DNA of 64,000 nt from Oopsacas minuta (lineage: Eukaryota > Animalia > Porifera). Positions 1 to 22,942 of the stretch are shown here, in pieces. A model generated the notes under the pieces. It searched no databases. It worked only from the letters and a program-made list of their open reading frames with translations, and was not told where the DNA came from. Position 1 is the stretch's first letter; each line of letters opens with the position of its first letter. Made by a program: the position numbers and the translations under genes. Location: positions 698,619 to 762,618 of the forward strand of contig JAKMXF010000111.1 in NCBI GenBank assembly GCA_024704765.1. The letters run 5' to 3'.

Positions 1-3000
1 TTTTAATATTACAACTGAGTTGTTCTCTTTTAGACACAGAAAATAATTCTGGATACATTCGATAATCCGGAACAAGTAACTTCTGCTTTTGTGACTCAAG
101 TATTTGACAAGATAATCAAGGTAAGCCCAATACAAAATATGATAATGGTAATCAGTGAAACCTCCACAAACGGAGCCTGTGGAAAAGGGGAACTTAGAAA
201 TCCGCTCAATTTTTCACTCCTTGGCACGGAGTAAAAGTAGCGCGGATTCCTAGTCCCATACAAATGAACCTCCACAAAAGGCGGAATTTAGCAGAAACCG
301 GGTAGCATTTTCGGCGTCCTGACACTCAGTTTATGGCGGTTACACTGTATATTCAGATCTTATTTTCTATTAGACGCATGTAAAAGATGAGTTGAGGGAC
401 ATCAATAAAGAGACAGACATAGACGAGTATCTGTCAAAGCTGTCAGATCTATATGACAAGTATGTAACATTTATTCTATTATTTGTTATGTATTATTTTG
501 ATAACATTGTATAGGACAACATTATTGGGTCGAAAGTTAGTTGATTATGAAATGATTCAGGATACACCTACTGCCACCAAACAAATAAAGAACCTCTTCT
601 ATGACTATCTACATAATTATGCTGAGTGAGTTCATGAACTTTTTTATTTTCCCATGTTTTTAAACTCATAATTTTAGAGAGGAAATCCATAATTTCGGTA
701 CAAAAGGAAGGACTGAATTAGAAGAGTATTATAAGGTTCTATTTGACACTACAGGAATGCAGAAGAAAGCTACAACAACTTCAAGCGGAGGCTACAAACC
801 TAGGAGGGAGACAATAAGAAATGTTACTGTAGATGTCCTATTCGTTTCTCAGGATTTTATAACTAACATTCTCAGTGCAACTAAACAGTGTATCAACCGT
901 TGTAAAGTTGTACGTAGCAGATTTTTTATTATTTGTCTATCTCAATATCATCTAATTTATTCTTGTTACTAGCTGTGTAATCCTAATGAACTCTCTGTTA
1001 CTGTCAAGTTAATATACAAGACAATGATGGAGCTGATATGTAGAGATCATCTGGACTATGCAGTTAAACTCGCACTCACAGGCAAGTTCATACATCAATA
1101 AATATGAATATGAAATAATGAATTGTTGGATAACCGGAATGTCTGGATCCATTTCTCTACCTATCTATTATTCTATTATCAATTGACTTAATCTATGAAT
1201 GAGTCGCAACAAACATAACAAACAAGTTGCTTCTAGAAAGAGTACTCCTGCTCAGCTTCCTAATATTTGTATATTTCAGTTGGGATCGTCTGATACAGGA
1301 GAGGAACTCCCTAAACATGGTGTATATCTTTATTCACACTCCTCCTCTCCCTATCTTCTCTGTGTCTCACTGGATAAGCTACTAGTGATCGACAGTTCTG
1401 ACAGAGAGCTGTATGCAGAGTATAAAGCAACTGAGGACATGTTTAGCTCAGTAATAGAATATACAGGTCTCATATTGGTAGGCAGTGTACTAGGTTATGT
1501 ATATTCAATCAGTTTAGCAAACTTCCATTGCAGTCCTCCCATACATGTCCATGATGGTTCTGTTATTCAATTGATAGCTCATCCAGTAGAGAATACATGG
1601 ATTGCTAGTATTGGCGGAGACGGGTATCTGAAGCTGATAAATATGCAAGATGATATGAGCAAGTTCAAACGAGTACACGACAGGTTCTTACTTCAGCTAA
1701 AGATTTCGGGGGAAGCTAGTGCTATGTCATTCTCTCCTCAAGGAGATTGGTTGTTGACCAGCTACGATAATGGAATAAGAGCATGGGAGATTGAGAGGAA
1801 GAACTTGAGCAAGGATAAGCGGTTCAGAAAGACAGCTCCTCCTTTCTCTGTTCAGTTATATGGTAGTAAATTCCATCAGTCTACAGTGGAGCGTATCGTG
1901 TTTATAAGAGATGACGTAGTAGCTTCTAAAGACAAGATAGAACAGTGTGTCCTATTGTGGAAGTTTGACATTGATGCAGACGTATGGCGTATGAGTAGTA
2001 ACACGATTGAACACGAACCTACACTGCTATACACAGTAGCTTGTGACTTCTCTGCTTTCGATTATATACGCGAAACCAGCAAACTGGTAGTAGCCATGGA
2101 TAAGGGGGTTGTTAGGATATTACCCTTGTTGTTTGATGAAGAAATGGAGAGTGATAGTGACGTCACTGTTTCCGTAAGGTTTGGGACTACACAAGATCTC
2201 CCTGGGCCAGACCAACCAATAACTGGGATATATTGCCTTCACAATAAGATACTGGTGGGACTAGCTAATAATTGTGTTGTTGTTTATGCTAATTAGTTAT
2301 TATTCGTCATAGTATTCTATAGATTTTGTGTAATAGTGCTAGCTTAGAGATTTATCAAATACACTCGTAACTATTTGTAATATTTGTAGTTATGAAGAGC
2401 AGTGAAAGCAAGTCACCTCCTAATGGGATATTCTTCAGTCTAATCAATATGATAAATCTAAACTATCATTTGGTAGAGAATCAGTTCAGGGAAACAATGC
2501 TTCCCTGTCTGAGGTAATATAATATAATTATTCGTATATTTGTCTTCTAATCTTCATTCAATTCTGAAGCCCCTCTTAGCCTTATAAACTGGTCATCCTT
2601 CAGACTGTATCTACATTCTGCTTTAGTTGGAGTGCTAACTATTAATTTAAATGATTTCCCATCCTCTCTCTCTATCGTAATTTTGTGTGGTATCCACTTA
2701 CTAACCACAGAGTAGTATATCTCTGAGCATATGAATATAGGAATATTCTTATTGTCAGTCTGAATGCTCCAGAAGTTGGTAGCATCTCTTAGTAGAGCTA
2801 ATATCTTAGCTAGTTTGATGACGTCAGTATCCCCTCCTTCCCCTCTAGCATACACCTCTAAACAATCCAACAGTACTAAGCTCGGCTTTAAGTTGCTCTC
2901 ATGTACAGCAGCTAGTAGCTGTATCAGATCACTCTGTGTAGCTGGGTATTTGAGCTGTATGAATTTCAAATGTTCATGTTTAGGTGTACTGTCTGGAGGA

Positions 3001-4375
3001 AGAGCTGGCAATTTAGTGGGAGCTGTCGGACTTATAAACAGTACTTCGCTCTTGTTTTGACAAGTAAGGATTGCTTGATGGAATAATATAGAAGTTTTTC
3101 CTGTAGAGGAGTGTCCTTGTATTAAGAAGTAAGGATCTTTAGTCTGAGCTGCTAATGCCAGTAGATCTAGATAGTTATCTTCTGAGTTACTCGCCATCTG
3201 TTAATACTAATTTTAAATACAGAATATAATAATACAATATACAGTGGAACCCCCGTTAATACGAACACCATGGACGGTCAAATATTGTTCGTCTTATCCG
3301 GAGTTCATATTAACCGAAGTAATGCCAATTGAATAACCATGTATGTATCTGATTTTAAGTAAACATTTGTTCGTTTGATCGGGGAATTCGTATTACCGCG
3401 TTCGTATTAAGGAGAGTCACTTTAGTTTAGTTTAATTAATCTTATTTTGTAAAGTACATCAGCAGAGTACACAGCCTGTGTGAAGATCAAGAACGAAATT
3501 ACTGCTAGTTTAGATCGTAACATTGAAGAGGGATTAGACAAGTAAGTCAAACTTTCTAATAAATACTATTCTATAATCATAACTCGTTTAACTCATTAGG
3601 TATCTGAACTATACAATTGGCCATTTGAAGATGATCCTAACCACTGAACAGAAACGTTCAGATTTTAAGGTTGAGGATTCTGACGCAGATCTAAATTTAA
3701 GTGTTACATCGGTATGTATAATTCTTGTACTTTTCTAATTTATACTGATACTCCATATTCTTGTCACACACAGGCTTGTCAAAAGTCTACAGTATTCTTA
3801 CACTCTATAATGGTTTATATTAAAGAGAATTTGGATGGTCCTAACAAGAAAAATGTACTCACAGAACTTGGACTGAGATTCCACCGCTTACTAATGGAGC
3901 ATTTAGTATTATTTGTATACACTTACACTGGTATGTAACTTGTAAATATGTAGCTGGTATAACCTTATCTCCAACCCTTGATATAGGTGCTATTAAGGTA
4001 TTATGCGACGTCACAGAGTACAGAAAAGTGATTGAAATATTCGAGGTTTGTTATATTCTTAATACAAGCCTTCCTTATAGATTGTATAACAGTTGAACAT
4101 CACTGGTTGTAGATTCCAACTCTTCTCAACATCATGGAAGCTACTCACATGCTGTGTAACTTGTTGATAGTTCCACCAGAAAATCTCAAACAAGTTGCTA
4201 CTGATGCGCAATTGGTAATGCACCAGTGTTGATTTAAGAAATAACAATCTCACATAATTTATTGGTAACATTCTTTTACTAGACAACAGGAACCCTGGAC
4301 AAGAATGTGGTGATGTCATTCATACAACTACGTCATGACTTCAAAACGAAAATAGGAAAGAATTTCGTCTTATAA
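1..4375 (+). CDS. EXOC5: Exocyst complex component 5 (Sec10), multi-exon, 5' end outside the window; host of two nested genes
   Basis: Exons joined by eye give ...CRDHLDYAVKLALT|VMKSSESKSPP...ETMLPCL|STSAEYTACVKIK...GLDK|YLNYTIGHLKMILTTEQKRSDFK...|...LDGPNKKNVLTELGLRFHRLLMEHL...|CDVTEYRK...|MLCNLLIVPPENLKQV...|LDKNVVMSFIQLRHDF, matching the Sec10 C-terminus. Large introns at 1082-2389 and 2514-3454; stop at 4373-4375. Confidence 0.9.
153..347. mobile_element. MITE family A (Tc1/mariner-pogo-like termini), intronic
   Basis: Termini CAGTGAAACCTCC ... GGCGGTTACACTG followed by TA; internal blocks shared with 38796-38864 and 61199-61338. Confidence 0.7.
1199..2296 (+). CDS. WD40 beta-propeller protein, LRWD1/ORCA-like WD region only; intronless; nested same-strand in an EXOC5 intron
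   Basis: 365-aa ORF. VERIVFIRDDVVASKD...VLLWKF and terminal LANNCVVVY resemble LRWD1 motifs recalled as VDGLAFVNEDIVASKG...ICLWSW and LTDSNIVAIW. Confidence 0.6.
   Translation: MSRNKHNKQVASRKSTPAQLPNICIFQLGSSDTGEELPKHGVYLYSHSSSPYLLCVSLDKLLVIDSSDRELYAEYKATEDMFSSVIEYTGLILVGSVLGYVYSISLANFHCSPPIHVHDGSVIQLIAHPVENTWIASIGGDGYLKLINMQDDMSKFKRVHDRFLLQLKISGEASAMSFSPQGDWLLTSYDNGIRAWEIERKNLSKDKRFRKTAPPFSVQLYGSKFHQSTVERIVFIRDDVVASKDKIEQCVLLWKFDIDADVWRMSSNTIEHEPTLLYTVACDFSAFDYIRETSKLVVAMDKGVVRILPLLFDEEMESDSDVTVSVRFGTTQDLPGPDQPITGIYCLHNKILVGLANNCVVVYAN
2547..3197 (-). CDS. SWSAP1: ATPase SWSAP1 (RAD51/RadA paralog of the Shu complex); nested antisense in an EXOC5 intron
   Basis: Walker A GHSSTGKT, VLFISP, LKYP, Walker B LVLLDCLEVY; 216 aa. 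Confidence 0.8.
   Translation of the reverse strand: MASNSEDNYLDLLALAAQTKDPYFLIQGHSSTGKTSILFHQAILTCQNKSEVLFISPTAPTKLPALPPDSTPKHEHLKFIQLKYPATQSDLIQLLAAVHESNLKPSLVLLDCLEVYARGEGGDTDVIKLAKILALLRDATNFWSIQTDNKNIPIFICSEIYYSVVSKWIPHKITIEREDGKSFKLIVSTPTKAECRYSLKDDQFIRLRGASELNED
3242..3423. mobile_element. MITE family B (Tigger/pogo-like TIR)
   Basis: TA-CAGTGGAACCCCGTTAATACGAAC ... GTTCGTATTAAGGAGAGTCACTT-TA; related copy at 41019-41185. Confidence 0.7.
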
Positions 4376-4532
4376 GACAATCTAGCTATTTTATGACTAT
4401 GAGAGATAGTGTATAACAATAATTATCTGTATATGTTGTATTCTACAAGATAATTATGAAATTACAACATAAAGTGCCCCGAGAGTTACCTAGGTAAACT
4501 GTATGTTGGTATTATGACGTCATGTTTTTAGA

Positions 4533-5906
4533 ATGGCAAGTGGATTTAGTGGTGTTCTTAAACTGACAGATTTAGATGACTTTATAACTCCATCACAACA
4601 GTGTGTTAAGCCAGTACAGCCTCCTACAAGACTACCCGGCTCTACCAATTCTACCAAACTAGAAAAGGCTAAAATATCTCTAAATGATTGTCTAGCTTGT
4701 AGTGGTTGTGTCACGAGTGCAGAGAGCGTTTTGATTGGATCACAGAGTTTTGAAGAGTTCTTAAAATGTATAGAATCAGCTGATCAATCTAGCCCTGCTG
4801 ATTCTAAGATATTTATTCTGACTTTATCTCCTCAGAGCGTTGCTTCAATGGCAGCTGTCAGTAATCTGTCAATACAAGAAGCTACTCTTAAAGTCAGTGG
4901 AATGTTCAGGAGTTTTGGCGTTTCATTCGTATTTGATTCTAGTTTTGCTCGTTCATTTAGTTTAATTGAAACCGCGAATGAATTTATTTCACGATTCAAG
5001 TTGGGAGAGACACATCTTCCTCTCTTGGCTTCATCCTGTCCCGGTTGGATCTGTTACGCTGAGAAAACACACGGTAACACGATATTACCATTTATATCTA
5101 CAGCAAAATCTCCTCAACAAGTAGCTGGCTCTTTAATTAAGTCATACATTGCTTCTATGCTAGGTACATCAGCTGATAATATTTATCATCTGTCATTAAT
5201 GCCATGTTATGATAAGAAACTTGAAGCCTCCAGACAGCAGTTCTACTCTGATATATACAGAACCAGGGATGTAGATATGGTACTAACCTCTGTGGAAATA
5301 GGAGCTCTGTTAGAGGCGAGAGCTCTTAAATTAACGGACTATCCTTCTGTAGGATTGAACAGTTTCTCTGATTTGAAGTTAGAACCTGTAGCTGGGTTAA
5401 TAGGACATAAGGGAGGCGGAGCTGGTGGGTATCTGGAGCATACTCTAGTCAGAGCGGCTAAACAGCTGTTTAATATTGAAGTCAATGAGATTAGTTATAC
5501 AACTCTTAAGAATAAGGACATAGGAGAAGTAACAGTTGAGAAAGATGGCCAGACGGTATTGACGTTTGCATATGCTTATGGATTCAGGAATATTCAGAAT
5601 GTAGTTCAGAAAATTAAGCGAAAAAAGTGTCCTTATCATTTTGTGGAGGTGATGGCGTGTCCAAGTGGTTGTCTTAACGGAGGGGGACAAATGAGGGCCT
5701 CAGAAATGGAACACAAAGATCATTTAAATGACGTCATTAAATTATACGACACTATCCCATTGACAGATCCCTTCTTAGACCTGTCTGTTAAGAGATTATA
5801 TAGTGAATGGTTGGAAGGGGAGAATTCTGATAAAGTTGTGCAATACTTACACACCAGCTACAAGGCTATTGATAAAACTATATCACTGCTTAGTATCAAA
5901 TGGTAG
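4533..5906 (+). CDS. CIAO3: Cytosolic Fe-S assembly component 3 (NARFL/IOP1, Fe-hydrogenase-like), intronless
   Basis: LTDLDDFITPSQQC, ISLNDCLACSGCVTSAE, SSCPGWICYAEK, MPCYDKKLEASR, EVMACPSGCLNGGGQ. Confidence 0.95.
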   Translation: MASGFSGVLKLTDLDDFITPSQQCVKPVQPPTRLPGSTNSTKLEKAKISLNDCLACSGCVTSAESVLIGSQSFEEFLKCIESADQSSPADSKIFILTLSPQSVASMAAVSNLSIQEATLKVSGMFRSFGVSFVFDSSFARSFSLIETANEFISRFKLGETHLPLLASSCPGWICYAEKTHGNTILPFISTAKSPQQVAGSLIKSYIASMLGTSADNIYHLSLMPCYDKKLEASRQQFYSDIYRTRDVDMVLTSVEIGALLEARALKLTDYPSVGLNSFSDLKLEPVAGLIGHKGGGAGGYLEHTLVRAAKQLFNIEVNEISYTTLKNKDIGEVTVEKDGQTVLTFAYAYGFRNIQNVVQKIKRKKCPYHFVEVMACPSGCLNGGGQMRASEMEHKDHLNDVIKLYDTIPLTDPFLDLSVKRLYSEWLEGENSDKVVQYLHTSYKAIDKTISLLSIKW

Positions 5907-5998
5907 TTTTGGATTTGTATTTGTTTTAGTATATTTCTATCTTACATACTTGACTCTTGAAATTTGTGTTTGTATGTACATTTGTTTACAGCAATAAT

Positions 5999-16491
<10,493 letters not shown>

Positions 16492-17007
16492 ATTGGCAGA
16501 AAAGTTCATTTTGAATTTTAGTCATTCAATTATCTCTCATAGCTTAATAGATTTACACATTACTTCTCGATAGCTTGCAAATTATTCAGATTTAATTCTC
16601 AATAAATATATCTACCCTGTTAACCTACTCCTTTATTAACAGGATTATACGTACGTATAAATTGAGTTCCCTCAGTAACTACTTGACCAGTACCTTATTA
16701 AGTAATTACCTAGTACACTCTAGTAAATTTAACTTGTATTATTGTCGTTCTCCTAACTTATCCGTGTCCAAATTATAATATAAACTATAGTCACAGCGTT
16801 ATTTCATTGTTTTGTTTATTGTAAGACTCTTTAGTAGTTATTAGCTTCAATTATATAATTATAGCAGCAGTTTGCATACTGGGAATCTGCTTCAAACAAT
16901 ATGCTATGAATGAAATTGTGTGTTTCTAGTTAATACTAACCAAATCTAGATATATTTATCAATATTTGAATGAGAGGAGGTTAGACTAGAGCAAATAGCT
17001 ACACAGT

Positions 17008-20000
17008 ATGACTACAGATTCACAAGAACAGTTGTTACCCGTTTTAGAAGATGTTCACGGGGAAGGGATAAGTCCCATCATCTACGAGAATGAATCTCTA
17101 GACACATTACTCAGTACTCTACCAAAGACGTTAGGATTAATGAAAAATCAGCTGACTTATACATGTTTTGATGTTAGCAAGGATTACTTCGCTGCTGGTA
17201 CTAATCAAGGGTTAGTTTGCATGTACAGTTTCCAATCACAGAATATGCAATTTATACAAGTCAGTTTGCTAATCAAATTTATTTACTTTTTCATTGAAAT
17301 TATCTATATTATTCTGATAGAATAGATCAGATCCTATCACATATATTCTAATAGACAGCTATAGGAAATGGGTAGCAATGGGAGATAAACAGGGAGCTGT
17401 TTCTATGTTCAACTTTAACAAGGTATTTAAATCGTAGTCTGATTAATCCGTGTGTGTTATTTGTGTTTGTTCTTCAGGAAATGTTGTTTGCAACTCAGGA
17501 GAAATCTCACAACCCTGTAACCTGTCTAACCTGGGGAAAAGAATCTAATATATTATTTTCTGGATATTCTTCTGGAAAGATAATTGTCTCTCATTTTCAA
17601 TCTGATAAGGTATCAGACCTTGAAGTTATGTAGTATGTACCTTAGAGTTTATTTATGAAATATTATTGCCTCTATAGAATTCTCTATACTCTAAAGTCCT
17701 GATGGAGTCAGGGCCTGCTCTCTTCCAGATGAGCTATCTCAGAGGAGTGTTACTAGTCTCTAATCAGCAACGTTCCTTCTTGCTACGAGTAGGAGAGGAT
17801 CTGGTACTAGGTCCTATCGTTAATATTGGTAGTAAAGAGAGGAAGTCAGGGATGTATGGAGCTACATTCTTCCAGAATGAAAACAAAGAGACTAAAATAG
17901 CAGTAGCGCGTCCTGGTTTCAGGATTTGGTTTGTATCAATGGATGGATTGGTACGTAAGTTCGTACGAATCCTTTTTTGTAATATTGTTCTTTCAGGTAT
18001 TCAATCTTTTAGGTAGAATCCACAGTAAAATTGAAAGACCACCTATTCGTACCAGGAGCTCCTCCCATCTCCTTCATGGGACGTACTCAGCCCTCTCTCA
18101 TTCCATCCACTGAGTTACAATTCACATATCTAATGCCATTCCAAGGACGTTATCTGATCTCTTGGTGTCAGAACCATTTGTGGGTGATAGATCCGTTAGA
18201 GTTGAGAGTACTCGGACAGACATCTGGTCTAAGAAGTGTTAGATGGACGGTAGGGGATGAAGGGGACATGTATATATTCCATGATGGGTACCAAATATTC
18301 CGTAAGGTGTCTCTACACGCTGACTATCTGGTTATAGAGCCAACCCTTCCTCCTGCTAATCTATCAACAGCTGTAGCAGAGGGAGAAGTGCTGCAAGAAG
18401 TCAACTGTCAGTTGTCACCATCTACTGATAAACAGATGGATTTGTACCCTGCTCAACGAGCTGAATCGGATACAACATCTAGTCCCACTCAGGGTTTGAT
18501 CAAAACAGATAAATCATCTATGTCAGAGATTCAAGCCAGATTGAATAAGAAGCTCTTAATCAATGATGATATTCTACAAAAAACTAAACATTTCTTCAAA
18601 GAATCAGTCGGTCCTATCCTCGAGAAGACTAGTACATCTTTTCTCAGACCCCCTACTCCTACATGTTCTACACCAACTAAAGATACAGATGCTAACACTT
18701 CGAATGACTCAACAGCTGATAATGAGCCTACAGCCCAGCTGGAAGAACCTGAGAACCAAGATGATCAACCTTTAGCTTTCGCTAGCAAAACTGAACAGCT
18801 GAGAAGACTGGGATCAATCCAGCTGATGGATAGTGACGAGTTGGTAGTCAAGACGATACGAAAGAAGAAACGACACAGAAATAAAGGTAAGGTATCATCT
18901 TTTGAAATATAGTAGAATTCCTCTAATAGAATCACGAATACATAATGGCTTCTATTGCATCAGAGTTGTACCTAGATTACAACGTTATTGTACTTTCAAC
19001 GAATAAAGCAAGGCTGTTTGGACATAAATTAAGGGAATAAATTCATTGCGTATGAACTCGTGGTCATTTCTCTTTATTGATGTTTGTGTCTTTAATTCCT
19101 GGGAATAGCAATTGATTGGATTCTTATTTTGCAAAGATTCAATTTATTAATTAAATTACTTTTGAATTGTAAATAGGAAACCCATTTGTTTAATTTTCAC
19201 GTACAGAATGTGCTCACCATTAGATCTGTACTAATTAGGTTAGAAGAGGTACAGCTGACCTAATATTTCAGAATAGATATACAAATTCCTTAAAATTCAA
19301 TCATTCTAGCATTCACACTCTCTTCTTTCTTGTCTAGCTCGTGGTCCTTCTAGAGCTAGCAGCATGAGTTCCCTCATAACAGACACAACTTCTGACTTAT
19401 CTGAACAACCTGAGTTAGATATTATCACGCAGTTAGAAAGGGAAGCTGAACGAAATGCAGACGATAGCAATGATAATTCTAATACAGCTGATGAGTACAA
19501 ACCTCCTGATGACATAGTAGTAGCTAAAGACAAACAGAATAAAGAAGACATTTTAAAACTGAGAGACAGTCAAATGGAAGAATCAGGAGAAGTTAAGTTT
19601 GCCTACACATTTCTTTCTGAGAGCAGTCGTGCAATACAAATGAGAAAAACTGTTAATAGTGAAGAGATCAGTGATAGCAAATCTGAGGTAGATTTAACTA
19701 ACTCTCACAGCTCTCAGGAAGCTATTACACAGCCATTAGCACTACAAATTAAGGATACAACTCCCACACAAGATAATATAGCTCATACACAAGTCAGTTT
19801 AGCTGCTACAATAGACAACGCTTTTGATACACAAATCAACGATTCACTGGTGTTAGGAACAGCTGATAACTTAGAGAATAGCACCCAACTAACTGAGCTT
19901 ATTTCTCCAATTAAAGAAAGAGTCTCACAAATTGCATTCGAGGATATCGACTCTTTTACGTCTATAGATATTAAGGATGTGACGTCACCTGAAGATTCCA

Positions 20001-22471
20001 TATGCCCCGCAGAGAAAATTGGAGATTTTCAGCTCAGTGTAAATTACTTCAGTAAAGATAAGGTATTATCTCCTGAACTAGATTCCTATGACATTATTGG
20101 TGATGAAGTAGAAATGAGAGATCATGGTATGCCTAATGGTGATCTACTAGACTCAGAAGACACGCTAAACCCACAATATGCAGAGAAGCTGTCTCGTATT
20201 ATCAGTAGGAGGTCACGAGCCTTCTCGTTTGCACCTAACGATACATCAAAGTTTGTAAGCGGAGCTGATAACTCACTTGACAATAGCTCACCCAATCCTC
20301 ATAATGAAATGGTAACTAGTGTAACTATGGAAGAAGAACTACAGCCATCAACTACGAGACCTTTATCTGGTAACAACTGGTCTTCTTACCGTCTCAAATT
20401 CACACAATCTACCAAATCTCTGGCTGTATCAGATCGAGCTATTTGGATAGTAGAAGAGGGCAAAGGTTATGTATACTGGTGTAAGTCTGCTCAGCTCGAC
20501 TGGAAACGAGTGCTTGGGATAAGTGCTCAACAAGTATCTATCTCATATTGTGGACACATTGTTCTTGTTGTGAGTAAAGATAATCAGCTGTTCACGAGAA
20601 GAGGAATCAGTGATACTAATTTTGCTGGCAAATCCTGGCACAAGTTGCATGATGGTAAGTATAAGAATAATTCAACTAAAATATCTCGTATTAACCATAC
20701 GTATGTGTAGGAATAACGTATATAGGCTGTGGACTTACGACTTTCTGGGCTATATCCTTCACTGGAGACGTTCAGTTCAGTAATCACTCAGATCCTGTCA
20801 CATTCAAGACAATTCCCTCTGTTGTGCGATACAAACAGATAGACAGTAGTGACAGTACAACTGTAGCTTTAGGGATGGATAATATTGTGTATCTACGTAC
20901 TGGGATAACAGCTGATAATATGTGCGGGGATGCTTGGAGACCTGTAAGTCATTATGGAATGTGTATTTTGGTTATTTTAATGTTATACTTTAATTAGGTA
21001 ACACAGTTTGAAGTTGCTAGCGTATCAGTGTGTCTAACTACTGTATGGGTGATAAGCACTGATGGTAAAGTATATTTTAATCCAGAGCTCAGGATCTCTC
21101 GTACAACCTCCACACGCACTGCTCTTGAATCAGACCAGTCGTGGTTCCAGGTAATGCTATGTACAGAGAGATTGAGGGAAAATCAACGGAATAGCAGTCA
21201 TATGCCGAGAATACCTCTGATGTTCACACACACAGCTCACAGCATGTTCTGGCCAAGCATCAGCAGAGTACCTGGCTCTAACAAGATATCCTCATATGTA
21301 TTACCCACATGTTCTTTAGCAGTAGACTACGAATGTAACCATCTTATTAGCAGTAGTATACTGGGTGGAGTATGGGTTCTGTCTGGTAGTGGTATTCAAA
21401 AGTTGTATCATTGCAATACTCACATTATTGGGGTTAAATATCTGCCTATATTAGAGCAAGAGGAGATGGGATCACCTTTTATATCTGTATCAGCTGGATA
21501 TGCTTCAGGAGATCAAGGTTACTTATTTATTGAATTTTGTGGAATTGAAAATACATGTATTTCTATATAGGTGTAAGGTCAGATCATATATGGGCGTTAA
21601 AGGCCAATGGAGGTTTGGTCTCTTTCGATATGAATCGTAAACGTTACTCCATAGCTCCGGACAGATCCATGGAGCTGAAATCAGTGGCTATATGTGAGGA
21701 CTGTCTCTGGTGTTGTGACCTAGACAACAAATGTTGGGTTCGTACACCAATCACCTCACAAACACCTCTTGGTTCCAAGTGGATAGCTCCTGATATGGGG
21801 AACCTGATTGGTGAGCCAATACAGAGTGTCAGCTGTGGTTTGTTATCTATTTGGGCGGTTTCTACCAAAGGAGAGGTTTGGCTAAGATTCGGGAATTCTC
21901 CGACTCGGCACACTTTTGAGAAATCTCTATCTCCTGTATGGTTGAAACTTTATCCAGATTCGGATGGTCGTACCATTCTAATGAAACAGGTTAATATTTA
22001 TTCACAATTCTTACTATTTATATTCCTGCTATGTTATATCTTGTATCATTATAGGTAACCGTAGGACCTGGAGATTGGAAAGTGTGGGCTATCTCAGTAG
22101 ATAATAAGGTGTATATAAGGAAAGGAATCACACGGACCTTCCCTATAGGAAATAAATGGGAGCTGATACCTGATATGCTAGGGATAGAGCTAGCTCTGAG
22201 TGTATATCACGTATGGGTAGTGGATCCTTCTGGTAATCTACATTTAAGATTAGGTGTGTCACAGATGAATCCTGCTGGGAACTACTGGAAACCTGTACTA
22301 GGTAAGAACCTTAAGAAGATTACAGTTACACCATACGGACAGTTATGGTGTATTAATGATAAAGGAGAGTTATTCTGTAGACTGGAGAAGAACTACTTAG
22401 AAAATGATTTGGTGTCCTCTTGTATCTCAATTGTTAATAATCCACAAGTATCTGATTGGGAGGTTTTATAG
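17008..22471 (+). CDS. TECPR2: Tectonin beta-propeller repeat-containing protein 2, multi-exon
   Basis: N-terminal HPS5/TECPR2-type WD40 (LTYTCFDVSKDYFAAGTNQG, GSKERKSGMYGATF, IAVARPGFRIW), long acidic linker, and C-terminal TECPR repeats (LFTRRGISDTNFAGKSW, VWAISVDNKVYIRKGIT..PIGNKW). Confidence 0.85.
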
Positions 22472-22729
22472 CCAATTGTTGATATCTGCCCCTCAGGGCG
22501 TTTTGAATCACTTCTATTTTATTGTGTTCCTTCTTAATAACATAAACACAGACATGGGAACTATTGTTGCTTAGTTTTATGAGAGGCTATTCTTGGATAA
22601 GTGTAAATGTTTTGGTATATTTGTATATTAATATTATTTGCAATGAAATTTCTTTGCTTACACAAATACACAATTTTACTCTTTTCGATACATAATTGTG
22701 GACATTTTATTAGTATATACGTACAGGCT

Positions 22730-22830
22730 ATTCCCGTTATATCGAACACGGACATATCAAAATATTTGCATATATCGAAGTCTGAAATTCTACAAAATAT
22801 GGTACCAAACCGTCAAAGCAACATACTTTT
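22730..22830. mobile_element. MITE family C, partial copy
   Basis: TTCCCGTTATATCGAAC ... AATATGGTACCAAACCGTCAAAG, shared with 42102-42200 and 59446-59597. Confidence 0.6.
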
Positions 22831-22942
22831 CATTGGTTATATCAATCTAATTACTGCAGTCCATTTTTGCTTCGATAGACATGACAAAGTACTGTTATAT
22901 GTCTATTATTATAGTAATACAATCATTTACAAATTAGTTAGC

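Noticed and set aside
22607-22942. 112-aa N-terminal extension of NUP35 in the computed ORF
   Set aside because: It runs through a MITE remnant and AT-rich sequence; homology starts at the ATG at 22943.
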